This document shows, in pieces, positions 12,301-25,447 of a DNA stretch of 64,000 nt. Position numbers and translations under genes: made by a program. How positions within the stretch are numbered: the stretch's first letter is position 1; each line of letters opens with the position of its first letter. The stretch lies in assembly GCA_950097015.1 (NCBI GenBank), contig CATNEN010000024.1, forward strand, positions 6,944,001-7,008,000. The letters are read 5' to 3'. This stretch comes from Macrostomum hystrix (taxonomy: Eukaryota > Animalia > Platyhelminthes). The notes beneath the pieces were generated by a model. It was not told the origin of the DNA. It searched no databases and saw nothing but the letters and a program-made list of their open reading frames with translations.

Positions 12301-15300
12301 ACACGTCCAAGTGATAGTCCTTGGCTAGCGCGTAGCACTCAACCTGCGGTCTCAGTTGCATGTGATCGCCGATCAGAATTAGCTGCTCGGTTTGATGACC
12401 AATGCAGGCGAGGAGATGTGGCTCGGTAACTTCGGCGGCCTCCTCCACAAGCAGCACACCGGGCTGTACCAGATCAAGCAGCTCTTTGTGTATAGAGGCA
12501 CCGGTGATCGTCATGCCGATGATGCGCCTACGTCGAAGGATAGCCGCATCCGCTGTGACTTCAATAAGTCTTCTTTCGCTCTCAAGCGTCTGAATAATGT
12601 TAAAAGATTTCTTCACTTCCTCGCGCAGTTTGTTAACAGCTTTGTAAAAGGCCTGCTGAAAGAACAGCAACTGTTCGGTTGGTGTTAGACGAGTTGGATC
12701 CTGCTGGCTAAGATGGGCAATTAGGCCGGAGGTACAACACTTTTCTAAATCTGGGTCGTGAACTATGCGTGAACTGTTGATAAACTTAAGGTGGGTCTTG
12801 TCCACTGCAGAATTTCCACTTCTAGATTCGCGACTGGCTAGCGATGAGAGAATCTGGTTCTCTCTTTCTTTAATTTCATCCTCATCGACTTCATCGACTG
12901 CAGTTGCCGTCCTAGACTCAGGATTCGAGTTCGTGGCCGCCGCTGGCATAGCGGAGATTTTTAGCCTTCGGGGCTGGTTGGCATGCAGCTGGGCTGCAAT
13001 AGCCGGCATTGACCGATCCACGCAGGCAGACAGAATGGAGAACGCCTTGGAGTCACTCCAAATTAACTCACGCAATTCGTCCTTCGATGCGCGCTTGACC
13101 TTTAACTCAGTTTCCGGCTGGGCAACAGGATGAGATCCTCTACTCGTTGAGCTAGACGAGCTTCTGCCAATGTGCTTAGTAATTCTTGCTAGGTAGGTCG
13201 CATTGCATTCATCAAGAATGGCGACTGCAGGATGCGCGAACAGCCAGTCAAGCCTCTTCAGAGTACTTTCAAAGTTCTTGGAGGCCTCTGCTATTTGGGA
13301 ATTAATAAGATGCAGAGAGTGAGTCTTGCTCCGATCCGGGTTTCTGCGACGCAGTTCTAGCAGGTTCAGGTGCTCCAGTCTCGGATCTTTGCACCTGCCA
13401 CCAATTCTGGCAATGTCGTCCTCGTGCTCGGGCAGCAGGTGAGACAGGAACTCATCCAACGCGTGATTCTTGTAGCACAGGACTAAAATAGGTCGATCCT
13501 GGAGCACTTCCAACTTAAGCAGTTGTCTAGCAATGAGTACACCAAGCAGTGTCTTGCCAGTTCCAGGAGGACCTTGGCACACGTAGATTCGTCTGCGGAA
13601 AACATTTTCAAAGGCTGTCGTCTGGCATGAGTCTAGCAGCAGGTTGCCAGTGGAGATAAACGGCAGGTTTAGCGGGGACTCGCCCACCATGCCGCCAGCA
13701 TTGCTGTTTTCAGCTTCCAACTCTCCATAGTACCGTTTGACGTAGGCTGGCTGAGATTCGGCGGCCGACATGTCGCCAAGGACCAGAGCGTCTGCAAACG
13801 GAAACTTCTCGGCGTCGAAGGACTTCAGAGTTTCCAAGACTGGCTCAAATGCGCGAAACATAGTTGGCGACTCGAGCATAATGAAGCCGCCTGAGGCATT
13901 GGTTGAGTTGAGCAGAAGACTCACAAGCACATCGCCGGCAGTCAGCTCTGAATTGCTCATGTACTGGCGCAGTTCCAGCCATACCAACCTCTGGCTGTTC
14001 AAATCCTGGCAATCTCTTTCAGCCACTGTGGCCCAGTACTGCTCAGTGAACTGCTCATCCCTGGCCAGACAGAGCAGATTGCCAGTCATCAGGCGCATAG
14101 ATTTCGCCCAGTCTCTTGGCGCCCGATCACAATCGAGGAGGTCAAACGTCACGCCGATGCAGGACGCCCCGCCGCGGCACAGCCGAATGGATCTAACCTT
14201 GACGTTGCAGTAGATTCTGATGTCCAGCTTGTGATTAAGCGTGCCCGACTTCACTTGGTCCATGCACTGTTGAAACTGCTCGAAGCAGTCGGCCCGAAGT
14301 AGTCTGCAAAATTGAGCGCGTTGGCGATGCTTGCCTCAGTACATTACTCGTACTCAAAAGAGTTCGATTTTCGTTCGATATGCCGCATAAAGAATTGAGA
14401 AATTAGGATTGTTTGTCCCGATTTATTCATGACAGTAGATACTTGAAGTACTCGTACATGCGCGGCATGAATGATTTTAGACTAATTCTTACTGACAAGT
14501 ATCTACTCCTACTCCTATTCAGTATCCTCACATCCTACTCAGAATCCTGACATCCTACTCAGAATCCTGACATCCTACTCAGAATCCTGACATCCTACTC
14601 AGAATCATGACACCCTACTCAGAATCATGACACCCTTATTAGAATCCTGACATCCTACTCAGAATCCTGACATCCTACTCAGAATCCTGACATCCTACTC
14701 AGAATCATGACACCCTACTCAGAATCATGACACCCTAATTAGAATCCTGACATCCTATTCAGAATCCTGACATCCTACTCAGAATCCTGACATCCTACTC
14801 AGAATCCTGACATCCTGCTCAGAATCCTGACATCCTACTCAGAATCCTGACAAGAGATTTGAGTATTCTGATATACGAATCAATCAAAATCCTTTCATTC
14901 CCAACATGATCCAGACATGCTACTGAAGCATTAAGAATTCTGACTTTAACTGTAAGCGTGAGCCAGACGCACCTGAACATCGTGTCAAAGTAGTCCTCAA
15001 CGGACTGATAGGGCCCATCGATCCTGGCCGGCTTCAGGCCAGTCAGCATGGAGCTGCGGCCTGCCGAGACCTCCTTACTTGTTGGCATGATGCTGGTCGA
15101 CCTGCGACCATCGGGCCGCATATCGGCCACAGCGGTTAGCAGATCTAGCAAAAGGCCGTTGCTAGGCGACATCGGAGCGGCCCTTAGCAAAGGCAGCAGG
15201 CGGGACAGGCAGCCGGGATCGTGGGCCAGTAGGCAGCGCGCAAAGTCAATAAGAATCCTTCGGTGCATACTGACTAACGAAGACGAATTGGAGGATTCCG

Positions 15301-16119
15301 CGGCATCGGCTGCCAGCAGTGGAGTCAGAAATCTAGCCAAGGTGGTCTGCGTGTCATCAGGGGAGTATGATGTCGAATACGGAAATATTATACTCAAATA
15401 CTTAACAGCTATCTAGTTGCTACCTGTGAGCTGGCCGTCTCCATGACAACATTCCATTTGCCATGCGCACCCGGCCGACTAGCAAGCAGTCGCTCCAGTG
15501 CAGTCAGCAGGCGACAGACGGCGCCGCCTAACCTGGCGTCGACGCAAAGTCCACAGTCGCCTAGCAGAGCCATCGACCAGACGGCTTCCGGATCGCCAAA
15601 CTCGGCGATGAGCCGACCGCAGCCCGCCAGCCGATTGTTGATCTTGTCCGCAATCTCTAGTAGGTGTTCAACGAATTTCAACCACTCGGCGCAGTCACGC
15701 CTGCTCAGGCGCAACAGCTGACAGTTGGCGATGCTGGACGAATGATCGCGACGGACTATTAGGCGGAGCCTATCGCCGCACTTTGGCGCCAGGGCGCCGT
15801 AGGCGGCAGTAACATCGGCTTGCCGAAGCAGCAGAAGCCTGTTCCCAATGATCGGTGCCTCTCCGCCTCCCTGGACGTTCGATGGAAGAAGCACAGTGGC
15901 TATGCCGGAGGCGGCTGCACCTGGTGCTGTGGGCAGCATCCACAGCTTGATGACGGCGTCCAGCTGCTCGTCTGGCGCCACGTCGCCGAATGAGAGATGG
16001 CGACGCTGGTTAGTCGACACCTTCGCCGGTGGCGGAGTCGGAGCCGGAGACTGGGAGTTCCAAGGCTTCGATGAACATTGCCAGATTGAGTGCTGGCGCT
16101 TGCGGCCGCGCTTTGGGTA
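9377..16119 (-). CDS. ZNFX1: ZNFX1-like protein (SF1 Upf1-like helicase + NFX1-type Cys/His zinc-finger repeats) fused to two C-terminal PARP-type catalytic domains. Predicted exons 16119-15424, 15346-14973, 14303-9377; 5' end uncertain.
   Basis: Splicing 14973->14303 rebuilds the ZNFX1 motif YFDTMFR|LLRADCF. Helicase motifs GPPGTGKT, LVEEAAE, LIGDHMQLRP, YQGDENDIVIVSLVRSN, NRRCVAQSRAR. About 300 aa of C-x-H-x-C repeats. Two FHGT...GIYF ART motifs. GT-AG junctions are phase-consistent. Confidence 0.9.
14530..14850 (+). repeat. Intronic 20-nt tandem repeat AGAATCCTGACATCCTACTC, about 16 copies
   Basis: Visible; lies inside predicted ZNFX1 intron 14304-14972. Confidence 0.95.
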
Positions 16120-16657
16120 CTGCAGTGCGACGGTGCCAAAGGAAGCAGACAATTTACAAACCTATTTTAAACGCTAAAGGATTTCGGACACCTAGTCGCC
16201 CACAACTTCGTGTCTCTTCCTAGCCTCTTTACAGTAGAACTACCTAGGCCCTAGGGAATTTTTCCCGTAAGAGCTAGTGTATTTCATTCAGCCCTATTCA
16301 CGAATTTGCACTGCGCCTCAGTGCGGCCTCGCCAGGCCTTCAAACTTCATCACCTCGTCACCAGAATGTGCCTGCATCATCTTCGACTTTAGAGGTGACC
16401 GGACTTTATCTAGACGGAGCTGCTGGACCTTCAAAAGTTCAACAAGTACACAAATACACTTATGTACATAAAAGCTCTTATGGGAAAAATCAGACCTTCG
16501 GCTAGAACCGTTGAATATCTCGACGGTCTGAAGGTGGGGCAACCCTCTTGGCATAAAAACGGGCGGCAAAATGGCTTGCTTGGTAGTCCTACTGTTAACA
16601 ATTAAAACTCTACTGTAATGGTTAGTTTGACTGTAGTGATTAGATCATTAGCTAGAG

Positions 16658-16907
16658 GGTAGTGGCTATTCGTACGGCAGAATCTCCGATCTTGTAGTGC
16701 ATTTCCAAGAAATGATGAAACGAGTTATAACAAATCTAAAATGTAAACTGCGATGCTTGTCGATTTTTCTTATAAATAAAAACTGTTTGATAATTTTCTT
16801 AGATGATAGATGATAAAATTATACGTGTTCGCCAACCCGCGGCAAGCTTCCTCATGGTGATTTATTGGATTTTATATTTCCTGACTGCCGTACGAATAGC
16901 CACTTCC
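16658..16907. mobile_element. 250-bp MITE with 23-bp TIRs and 9-bp TSD (Merlin- or Mutator-like)
   Basis: TIRs GG(T/A)AGTGGCTATTCGTACGGCAG, 22/23 identical. TAGCTAGAG direct repeats at 16649-16657 and 16908-16916. Confidence 0.85.
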
Positions 16908-19900
16908 TAGCTAGAGTGTCAAGGGAAGATTGTCAAGCTCAGACTTCTTCCATTCACTAGCTAATGTAAGTAATAAACTGAACTAGGAATAAGCCCTTCG
17001 TAAATTTATAGGAAATCTACTATGAAAATAGTAAATTCCTGAACGAATTTTTTTATCGTTAAATTGTTCTCTTTTAGATGGCATGTGTTTATAAGAATGG
17101 AAGCTAAACTACGAGTAAAAAATAAACAAATCCTACTTTAAACTCAACCAAAATTGTGTCGAATCTTCTAGGATATGACGTCCATGACTAGGATATGAAT
17201 TATGAAGCTAAAACACAACATTTAGCCTGGAGTGAAGGTTAAAGCGTTCAGGGAGTTTGGTAGCCATAAGATCCCATGCTGAACCAAAATGGTCAGCTAT
17301 CTCGGAAACGACAGCTAAACCTGCATTTTTTCTGAAATGTCATGCAAAACTAACGAACAAACGTTTAAAAAGAGCAGAATTTTATAACAGCGAACTTACC
17401 ATTGCTTTAATAACAAAGCCGCCAAGCTGACGGTTCTCTATAGCAGCTCGTAGATGCTACACGCCTACAGCAATTGACTATTGATTTTCTCTATACTCGT
17501 AGCTAGGCCTTGAGGGCTCGAATAAGTTTCACTTAAAAGTGTTCAAAACAAAACAAAGATAGCCTGACTTCATTTTCGACAGCCCTTTATCTTTATTCAG
17601 TTTGGAGGGGTTGGGGCCGCTGCATTAAAAGTTCAGAAATATGTGAATGTACATTAGTCTGTTCTCGTTAAAGAGCAATGTACATAGGAGAAAGTGGCCT
17701 CCGCGTCAGCTAGCTAGCTTCTAGTCAGCTAGCTAGGGCGCCAGCTAGCTTGACACTTCCACTAGTAAAAAATAAAAAATCCGGTTGGACACATGGCGGG
17801 CTAGACATACTGGTGTGGCGTGGACTACTTAAAATAAGTTCTTTCCAAACATACAGGCGCATAGTAATTTAACTATCAGTGGAACTACTACTATAGTGGG
17901 GAATTGCCCCTTGACAATTTTTTTGTGCTGCACTTAAAAGGAACAACGCAAGCACACGAAACTCAAGAACACGGGTCAAATTTTTGTTGCGCATCTTCTG
18001 GAAAAATAATCAAGTTGCCAGTTGTCAGGCCTTCAACATTTATCAGCATGTCACCCGACGTCCCGACTGTGCCTGCATCACCTCTGTCTTCGGTAGTCAC
18101 CTACCTTTATCTAGACGGACTTGCTGGACCTTCAAGGGCTACAACAGGTGGAAATAGGTCACTGGGGACACCTTGACGTGAATTTCTCGATTTTCACTGA
18201 TCAAGCCTAAACATTAGTTTAATCCTGATCTTAAAACCAACCGGAACTCTACGACTATAGCATTAAACTTCGAACCCTCGACCATTTGCCACGTCAGCGC
18301 TAATAGATTATTAGATTAGCAATGCGCCATGTTAATCCAGAATACACAGTGATAAAAAGGTAAATTAATACAGGCTGTGGGAAGGATATCCACGTATAAT
18401 TAAGTATCGAGTCTTTGTTATTCTAAATTATCAGATTATGGTACCATTATTATTCTGAATTCATCTAAGCTATCATCAGATGAGCTCATGGATGCTGGAA
18501 AAGTGCAGCTCTGCTACGTTGCAAATTTCGCATCCGACTTCGTTATGATGAGAGTTTCGGAAGTCCAGAGATTGGTGACCAAAATTGGCGGTTGCATAAA
18601 GAAGGGATACAAAAAGAAGTAAGCCGAAAAAACGTAGCTACAAAGTCAGCATGATTGTGTAATTTTTGGGAGCTGCAAGTATGCGCATACAAAGGTGTAT
18701 TTGTTAATTATTTTATCGTAGTTCATTTAGGCAATGATATTATTGTCTGGCAAGCTGGACGTCGACTGCGGGCCCCCAGTTGCATGAAAAATACGCAACA
18801 TGAAACAAACAAACGAACTAATAATTAGCGCAGCATATAAATTACCAAATTCATGCGACACTAGCAAACAACAATAAGACTACACTTATAGTAGGACAAA
18901 ATTGCATTCATCAAAAGCATACATACACATACATATACATACATAGTCGCGACAAACGAGGCGGTGAAGTTTGGGTGCGGTTTCGGGGCCAAAGCCTGAG
19001 ACTCCAAGCAAAATAACAAACAGCGGGGAAATAACAAACGCTTGGCAGGCAGAATGCATCCGGAAATCCATTGAGAACAAACTGACACACAAAAGCGACG
19101 CCAACAAAAGCTACTCAACTCTTTATTAAAAAAGCATATAATTCAGAATTTAATTGTGCTGACAGTCAGCAACAGTGTCACATTTTAACGATTGGTGGTT
19201 GTTTATAAGAAAGTTATTTGACTAAATATTTTCATACGCAGCTTATAAAAATAACTAAAGATAGTTATCGATTACAAAGCGACCGCCTAATGCTGATTGG
19301 CTGGATCTATACTACCCCCAAATTCCTACCCCCAACTAGTAGACAATGTGGAGTGAAATATGCGGTTTCAACCAATCAGCATTCAGTAACTGCTTTCTCG
19401 TTAAATCTTCACAAGTCTATATTTATCCTTGAAAAAATCTTATGCAAATTGCAGAAAAGGACAGGAAGAAGCGGTACATGCTAAACAGGTTTGTAAAACG
19501 CAGCAGAACCTGAATAACACAAAATTAACTTACAAAAGATTGTTTAGACTTCTTACATAAAAGGTAACTGAACATAAGATAATCATTTTTCGAATACTAT
19601 TTTATCGTTAACCTAAACTATAAAGAGTTTAAACAAATATAAAGACTATAAACAAACCCGCGATACCACTAATAGTACATGCTCGACTGTCTTAATACGC
19701 GCGACACACACAGCATGTTCGCACACCTGCCTTTATTAGCGAACTAAAATTATAAACTTATTAGAATCGAAAAGGAAAATGGAATTAGGAATGCCCCCCG
19801 ACATAGCTAGGCAGCTATTTGGGAAAGGGATGGGTGAATCTATAAAAATATAACAGAGAAATCTAAAGCAGCTAAACTAGTGAGCAAGACAAGACGAACA

Positions 19901-20927
19901 CTCATTATATTGATGAGAAATAATCAAATTGAACACAACTACAATGGTTAGAACTATGCAAAAGTTTGGACTAATAGAATCCGACGAGTACATCGCTTTA
20001 AAGCAGAGAATATTGCGCCAATAGAAGAGTTGACATGTAAAGTTGTTCTAGAGGAGAGTTCGGATAGATAGGGAATAGAAACAAAAGGCATAAAAACCTA
20101 TGCTAACACTGACTACTCACAGTAAGTAATAAAGTTTTTCGCGCGCTTTTAAATTAAATAACTAGTTAAGAAATATAATTTATAAACATAATCACTTCTA
20201 AAATAAGAGAGGGCAAAAACTGAAATTTGAATGCTTGTTTGAGGCGAACAATGGTATGTGTGAGTGTGTGTGAGTGAGCATGAATGCATGACAGAGGGGA
20301 GGGAACAAAATAAATAGCGGGCAATAGAGATACTACTTTAAATTAACGGCGAGAAACGCTGCAGGTTGACTCGATAGACCATTATCTATAGCCTTTTTGG
20401 GGCGAAGCGGATCAGATACCTTTTAAAAGGTTTCTTAACAACGCACTAGATAATGGCTATCAAGTTTTCATATGAAGCATAAAAATTGAAACAAATAACA
20501 AATAACGCGAATCTAAAGGAGCAGCAATGCACAGGAGAAATCGGCAAAGAATTTGTAGTAAATTACGCAGCACACGGAAACAATCAGGGTTAAGGGTAAA
20601 AGTTCGAACCATTGAATAGTAGACAAAAAAAGAAATAGACAATGAAAATCATTCATTCATGAAGCTGTGCTACTTTTGTGTGTGTGTGTGCAAACAATTT
20701 AACAAAATTAAACTCTTCCCATACTGTGCACACACTACTATCCTGCCAAACCTCAATTTCAGTAGTATTATTAGGATTTGCCAACTTGTATAGGCAGGCG
20801 ATTAAGATGACGACTCGGTCTGTAATTTTAGCCCGAAGTGGCACCTGAAATAAAACAATACACGGATAATGCATTTTACATTGATTTTGACATACACGAC
20901 GCTGCTGCTGTTGTTATACCCGGATAT

Positions 20928-21080
20928 GAGTGGCCAAAATGCCTCTCGCACCGAGGTCCCTGAGTTCGATTCCGCGGTAAGGCTACATTTTTAGGGGCGC
21001 AGCCGCGGAGAGAAGGCTTGGGGGCTTGTCGTGCAATTTACGCCTTTGAGGGGCCAAACTCTAAGGCACAGCTCTCGTGT
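20928..21080 (+). mobile_element. SINE family A, partial copy
   Basis: GCCTCTCGCACCGAGGTCCCTGAGTTCGATTCCGCGG...GCAGCCGCGGAGAGAAGGCTT matches the copy at 4040. Confidence 0.85.
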
Positions 21081-21181
21081 AAATAGTATTATTAATAAGT
21101 TGTTAGAGCTTCCGTCTTCCGAATGAGAGGTCGGGAGTTCGAATCTCAACCCAAAGATAACTAAAAATGGCGTTGTCTCAC

Positions 21182-23440
21182 CTGAGCTGCCGGCAACATT
21201 CGGATTCGACTGCGGTAGGCCGCCTTGTGCCGAAACAACTGGCACTGGAATGATGCGGTCAGACAGAATGGCAGCGTAATTGACAGGACACGCCTACATA
21301 GCATGCAGACATGACATTGGTGGGAGCCCAGCTACCTAGTATACCTATACCCAGCTACCTATGGAAACTATCCATAGGAAGAGAGGGAAACTATCTATAG
21401 GAAGGGAGGGAAACTATCCATAGGAAGAGAGGGAAACTGTCCATAGGAAGGGACTGAAACTATCCATAGGAAGGGAGGAAACTATCCATAGGAAGAGAGG
21501 GAAACTAACCCTTGGAAGGGAGGGAAACTGTCCATATGAAGGGAAACTATCTATAGGAAGGGAGGGAAACTATCCATAGGAACAGAGGGAAACTGTCCAT
21601 AGGAAGTGAGGGAAACTAACCTTTGGAAGTGAGGGAAACTAACCTTTGGAAGGGAGGGAAACTATCCATAGGAAGGGAGGGAAACTAACCCTTGGAAGGG
21701 AGGGAAACTATCCATAGGAAGGGAGGGAAGTTTCCCAATAAAAATTTGAAGGACAACTAAAGCAATACACAAAATACTCCCAGTGCCCAGCCTAGCAGAG
21801 TGTGAAGCCAAGGCAACCAACCAAAGTAAGGATGATCCATAGCCTCCTTGGCTGTGAGCCGGTCATTGTGATCGTAGCGGAGCAGTCTGTCCAGGAAATC
21901 TAGCGCCTCCGGACTGACCAGGTACTGATTGCCGCTGTGCACGAATCTCTCCCAGCGCTTGCGGCTGTGCTTAGCCAGAATATCGTTGAAGCGCGGATCC
22001 AGCACAATCTGGTATTTGTGAATGTAGGCAAACAGATCATCCGTGCCAAGCACCTTGGCTATGCGAACTAGCTGGTCGTAGTTGTCCTGGCCGTGGAAGA
22101 ACGGCTCCTTCTTGAATATCATTGAGGCGAACATGCAGCCGAGGCTCCACATGTCCAGTGAGTAGTCGTACATCTGAAATAGGTATTTGGTGGATATTTA
22201 AGTCCCGATACTTTTTGTTTAGAATTCCGAAGAATCCACCAATTCTCACCTGGTAATCCAGCAGCAGTTCGGGTCCTTTGAAGTAGCGCGACGCCACGCG
22301 AACATTGTACTCCTGACCGGCATGATAGAACTCGGCCAGGCCCCAGTCAATGAGGCGAAGCTGGGGCGTTTGAAAAATTAACACGATATTATACTTCTAC
22401 TGTTGAGCTCTTTATTGGTCATGAGATTCTGTTGAAAACTAGGGTTTTAGCCTCAAATTTCTTAAATCGCTGATTCTTTTGGTTCCTTAGGATTCTTCAG
22501 TGATCCATCAGGATTCTTCAGTGATCCATCAGGATTCTTCAATGATCCATCAGGATTCTTCAATGATCCATCAGGATACTTCAGTGATCCATCAGGATTC
22601 TTCAGTGATCCATCAGGATTCTTCAATGATCCATCAGGATTCTTCAATGATCCATCAGGATACTTCAGTGATCCATCAGGATTCTTCAGTGATCCATCAG
22701 GATACTTCAGTGATCCATCAGGATTCTTCAGTGATACATCAGGATTCTTCAATGATCCATCAGGATACTTCAGTGATCCATCAGGATTCTTCAGTGATCC
22801 ATCAGGATTCTTCAATGATCCATCAGGATACTTCAGTGATCCATCAGGATACTTCTTCAGTGATCCATCAGGATACTTCAGTGATCCATCAGGATACTTC
22901 AGTAACTACTTCAATAGCACTTCGCTGCATTATTACCTTCCTGTGTTCGTGATCGATCATAACATTGTGCGGCTTAACATCTCGATGCATGATGCCCATG
23001 CTGTGGCAGTAGTCCAACGCCTTTAACAATTCGAACAGGTAGTAGCGAATATCGTAGTCCACCAAGGTCTGGTAAAGCTGTTTAAAGTCCGTATTGTTCA
23101 CGTGCTCAAATATGAGAGCTGGAGTGCGTGAGACCGGATCCTTTACAATGCCGTGCAGACTAATGATGTTAGTGCCGCCTTTCAGATTCTCTAGAATCTT
23201 AATTTCGCGCTTAATTTTGCGTTTCTTAACTGGCTTTAAGACTTTGATAACAACTTTCTCATTGTTGGAGATGTTGATACCTTCGAAGACCTCTGAGTAT
23301 TTGCCGCGACCAAGCTTGCGCACAATCTGGTAGTCGTCCTGATTGCCCCATTCCACAACCAGGGCCTCATAGTCCCAGTATTCGCGTTCACGGACTGCAT
23401 TTGCGTCAGCATAGACGCGAGCTTTACTAGGCAGGGGCAT
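21182..23440 (-). CDS. CSNK2A1: Casein kinase II catalytic subunit alpha. Exons 23440-22937, 22360-22250, 22173-21822, 21244-21182; last exon(s) not resolved.
   Basis: [49 protein letters not shown]. Junctions in phase; exon 4 gives HPYF|VPVVSAQ. Confidence 0.97.
21365..21730 (+). repeat. Intronic ~23-nt repeat AAACTATCCATAGGAAGGGAGGG, about 16 copies
   Basis: Visible, in CK2 intron 3. Confidence 0.9.
22490..22900 (+). repeat. Intronic 21-nt repeat TTCAGTGATCCATCAGGATTC, about 19 copies
   Basis: Visible, in CK2 intron 1; source of spurious ORFs 22462-22952. Confidence 0.95.
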
Positions 23441-25364
23441 CGCTTAGTGATGGTTGAGTTGACCGATGTCTAATAGTTTTGGCCCCCAATTTAACTTGAT
23501 GATTTTAAGGGCAGGTTAGGCTTATCAAATAAAGTTCAATGCAGACGATTGTCAATTCTTGGTGTATCAAATAGTTATGCTGAACTTTGTTGCAAACTAA
23601 CAGAAGAATTTGGACTTAAGTGTCGAGTTTAAGCACTTAACAGTAGTTTAAAATGCAGATAAGCTGAGGGAAAATGTTATCAGGAAGGAAAGAGGTAAGA
23701 AAATAATATGGTTTAACTAAGATGTACTGGGAATAAGGACAAAAAGTGCAGTATAAAAGACTTATTTAATATAACTATTTGTTCTAACAAAATATGTCTA
23801 GAAAATATAACTAAAATAACTTAAATTTGTGCTAAAAGTTACAAACAGTCAGGTCAGGCCAAACAATCATTTGCCAAAAAGTTTATATAAATCCTTAGGT
23901 ACTGGAATAGTAAGCAGTTCGCTACAGTTACAATTACTTTATTACTTTGCTTTGTTTTGTTAAAATGTTCAGTTATGTAATGAAACTCTTGTAAGTATAA
24001 TTTCTGTAACCATAATTTGAACTATAAGTGGTAGCCAAAATACACCATTTCTGTAACCCTAACAAAACTTACAGTGGAACACTAATCAAAGATAAAGTCA
24101 GTATAAATATATACTAAGGCACATACATGCATAACCTCCCAAATCCTAGCTGGCCGTGCAACTTAGTTTTTGCTCTCATTTGCAACTAAGTTCGTTTCAT
24201 AGCTCTATTTACAACTTAGTTTGCTCTCATTTGCTCTCCTTTTCTCTCCCCTTTTTCCTTTTCTTCACGCCTTCCTTTTTTGTCCCTTGGTTCCCCCTTT
24301 GATTTTTTTGCACTTGGTCGATTGGTTTTTGTGACTTACCTTGCTTGGCCCTTGTTTCACCTGGCCGGGAGTTGCGCATGTATGCTAAGGCAGTTATGTC
24401 AAGAGCCCATTAAGATAAATTTGTGCCAGGCCATTTTTTATTTAGCTATGCTAATTTTCTAGAGTAACAAAGGTTTTCCATACAATGGCATGGCTAGTTG
24501 TCCTACAGCACTTGCATTGTTCCTACAGCCAACCTACACAACAGGATCATCCTATTCAACATGTATGATGATAGTTTTATGCCTTATAAAAAAACTAAAC
24601 AGTGTGCTAGTACATGCTAGATGGCAGAACCTTAAAAAACCTTGAGTACTTTTCAAATTGTACTTATAACAATTCATTTAGTGCCATGCCTTCCAAGAAA
24701 ATCTACTGCCCAAGTTCTCTATTGAATTAATTGGCAATCCACTTGTTTAATTTAATTAAAAAAATTACTTTTAAAATTTTTAACAAGTAACTAATTAAAT
24801 GTGCGCAAGTTTTGAATATTCTGGCAGTGTGTAGGCCTACTGTGCATGGATATGTCTATGGTAGAATCCTTGCACTTGTGGGAGGTTTCAAATTATGTAG
24901 TAGGTTATGGCTATGACTATGTTTATAGTGAAAATGTACAAACATAATAAAAAGGGTAGGCCCTAGGAGGGACAGGGAGGGTTAAATGATTATTATGTTG
25001 GTAGCAATCATGGCTGGATGTAACACTGACAAAAAACATTCATATTGCTAGCCTACAGCCTACTGTAGATATATGCAACTTAAACCTCTGAGTGCAAGAG
25101 CTAAGACCTGAATGCAATACCGCTGTTGCAACCAGCAACAAATGAATCCATGACCTACTGAATCAGCATCTATTTGGACAAGTTTCTGTGGCATTGCTGC
25201 CACCCACACTTCACCCTTTGCAACATCTTTTTCTGGATGCAACACTACTATGCCATATGAGTGTACCATTGTCCATTATGATAACTGAGTTACTTGTTGG
25301 CTGTTTTTAGTTGTTTGTAAAAATGTTAAAAGGTTATTCTTTTGTAAAACAAGTAAACATGTGA

Positions 25365-25447
25365 AGCTTAGAAACTTTGTCCAACTCGGAATATTCAGAC
25401 ACTTATTTCGACTCGGAATATTCCGAGTTGGACAAAGTTTCTAAGCT
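25365..25447. repeat. Perfect 31-bp inverted repeat (83-bp foldback)
   Basis: AGCTTAGAAACTTTGTCCAACTCGGAATATT (25365-25395) and its exact reverse complement (25417-25447). Confidence 0.9.

Noticed and set aside
9698-14213. Many plus-strand ORFs over the ZNFX1 exon
   Set aside because: Antisense shadows of a GC-rich coding exon
22462-22952. KNPDGSL / IHQDSS repeat ORFs
   Set aside because: Intronic 21-nt repeat; CK2 splices cleanly across it
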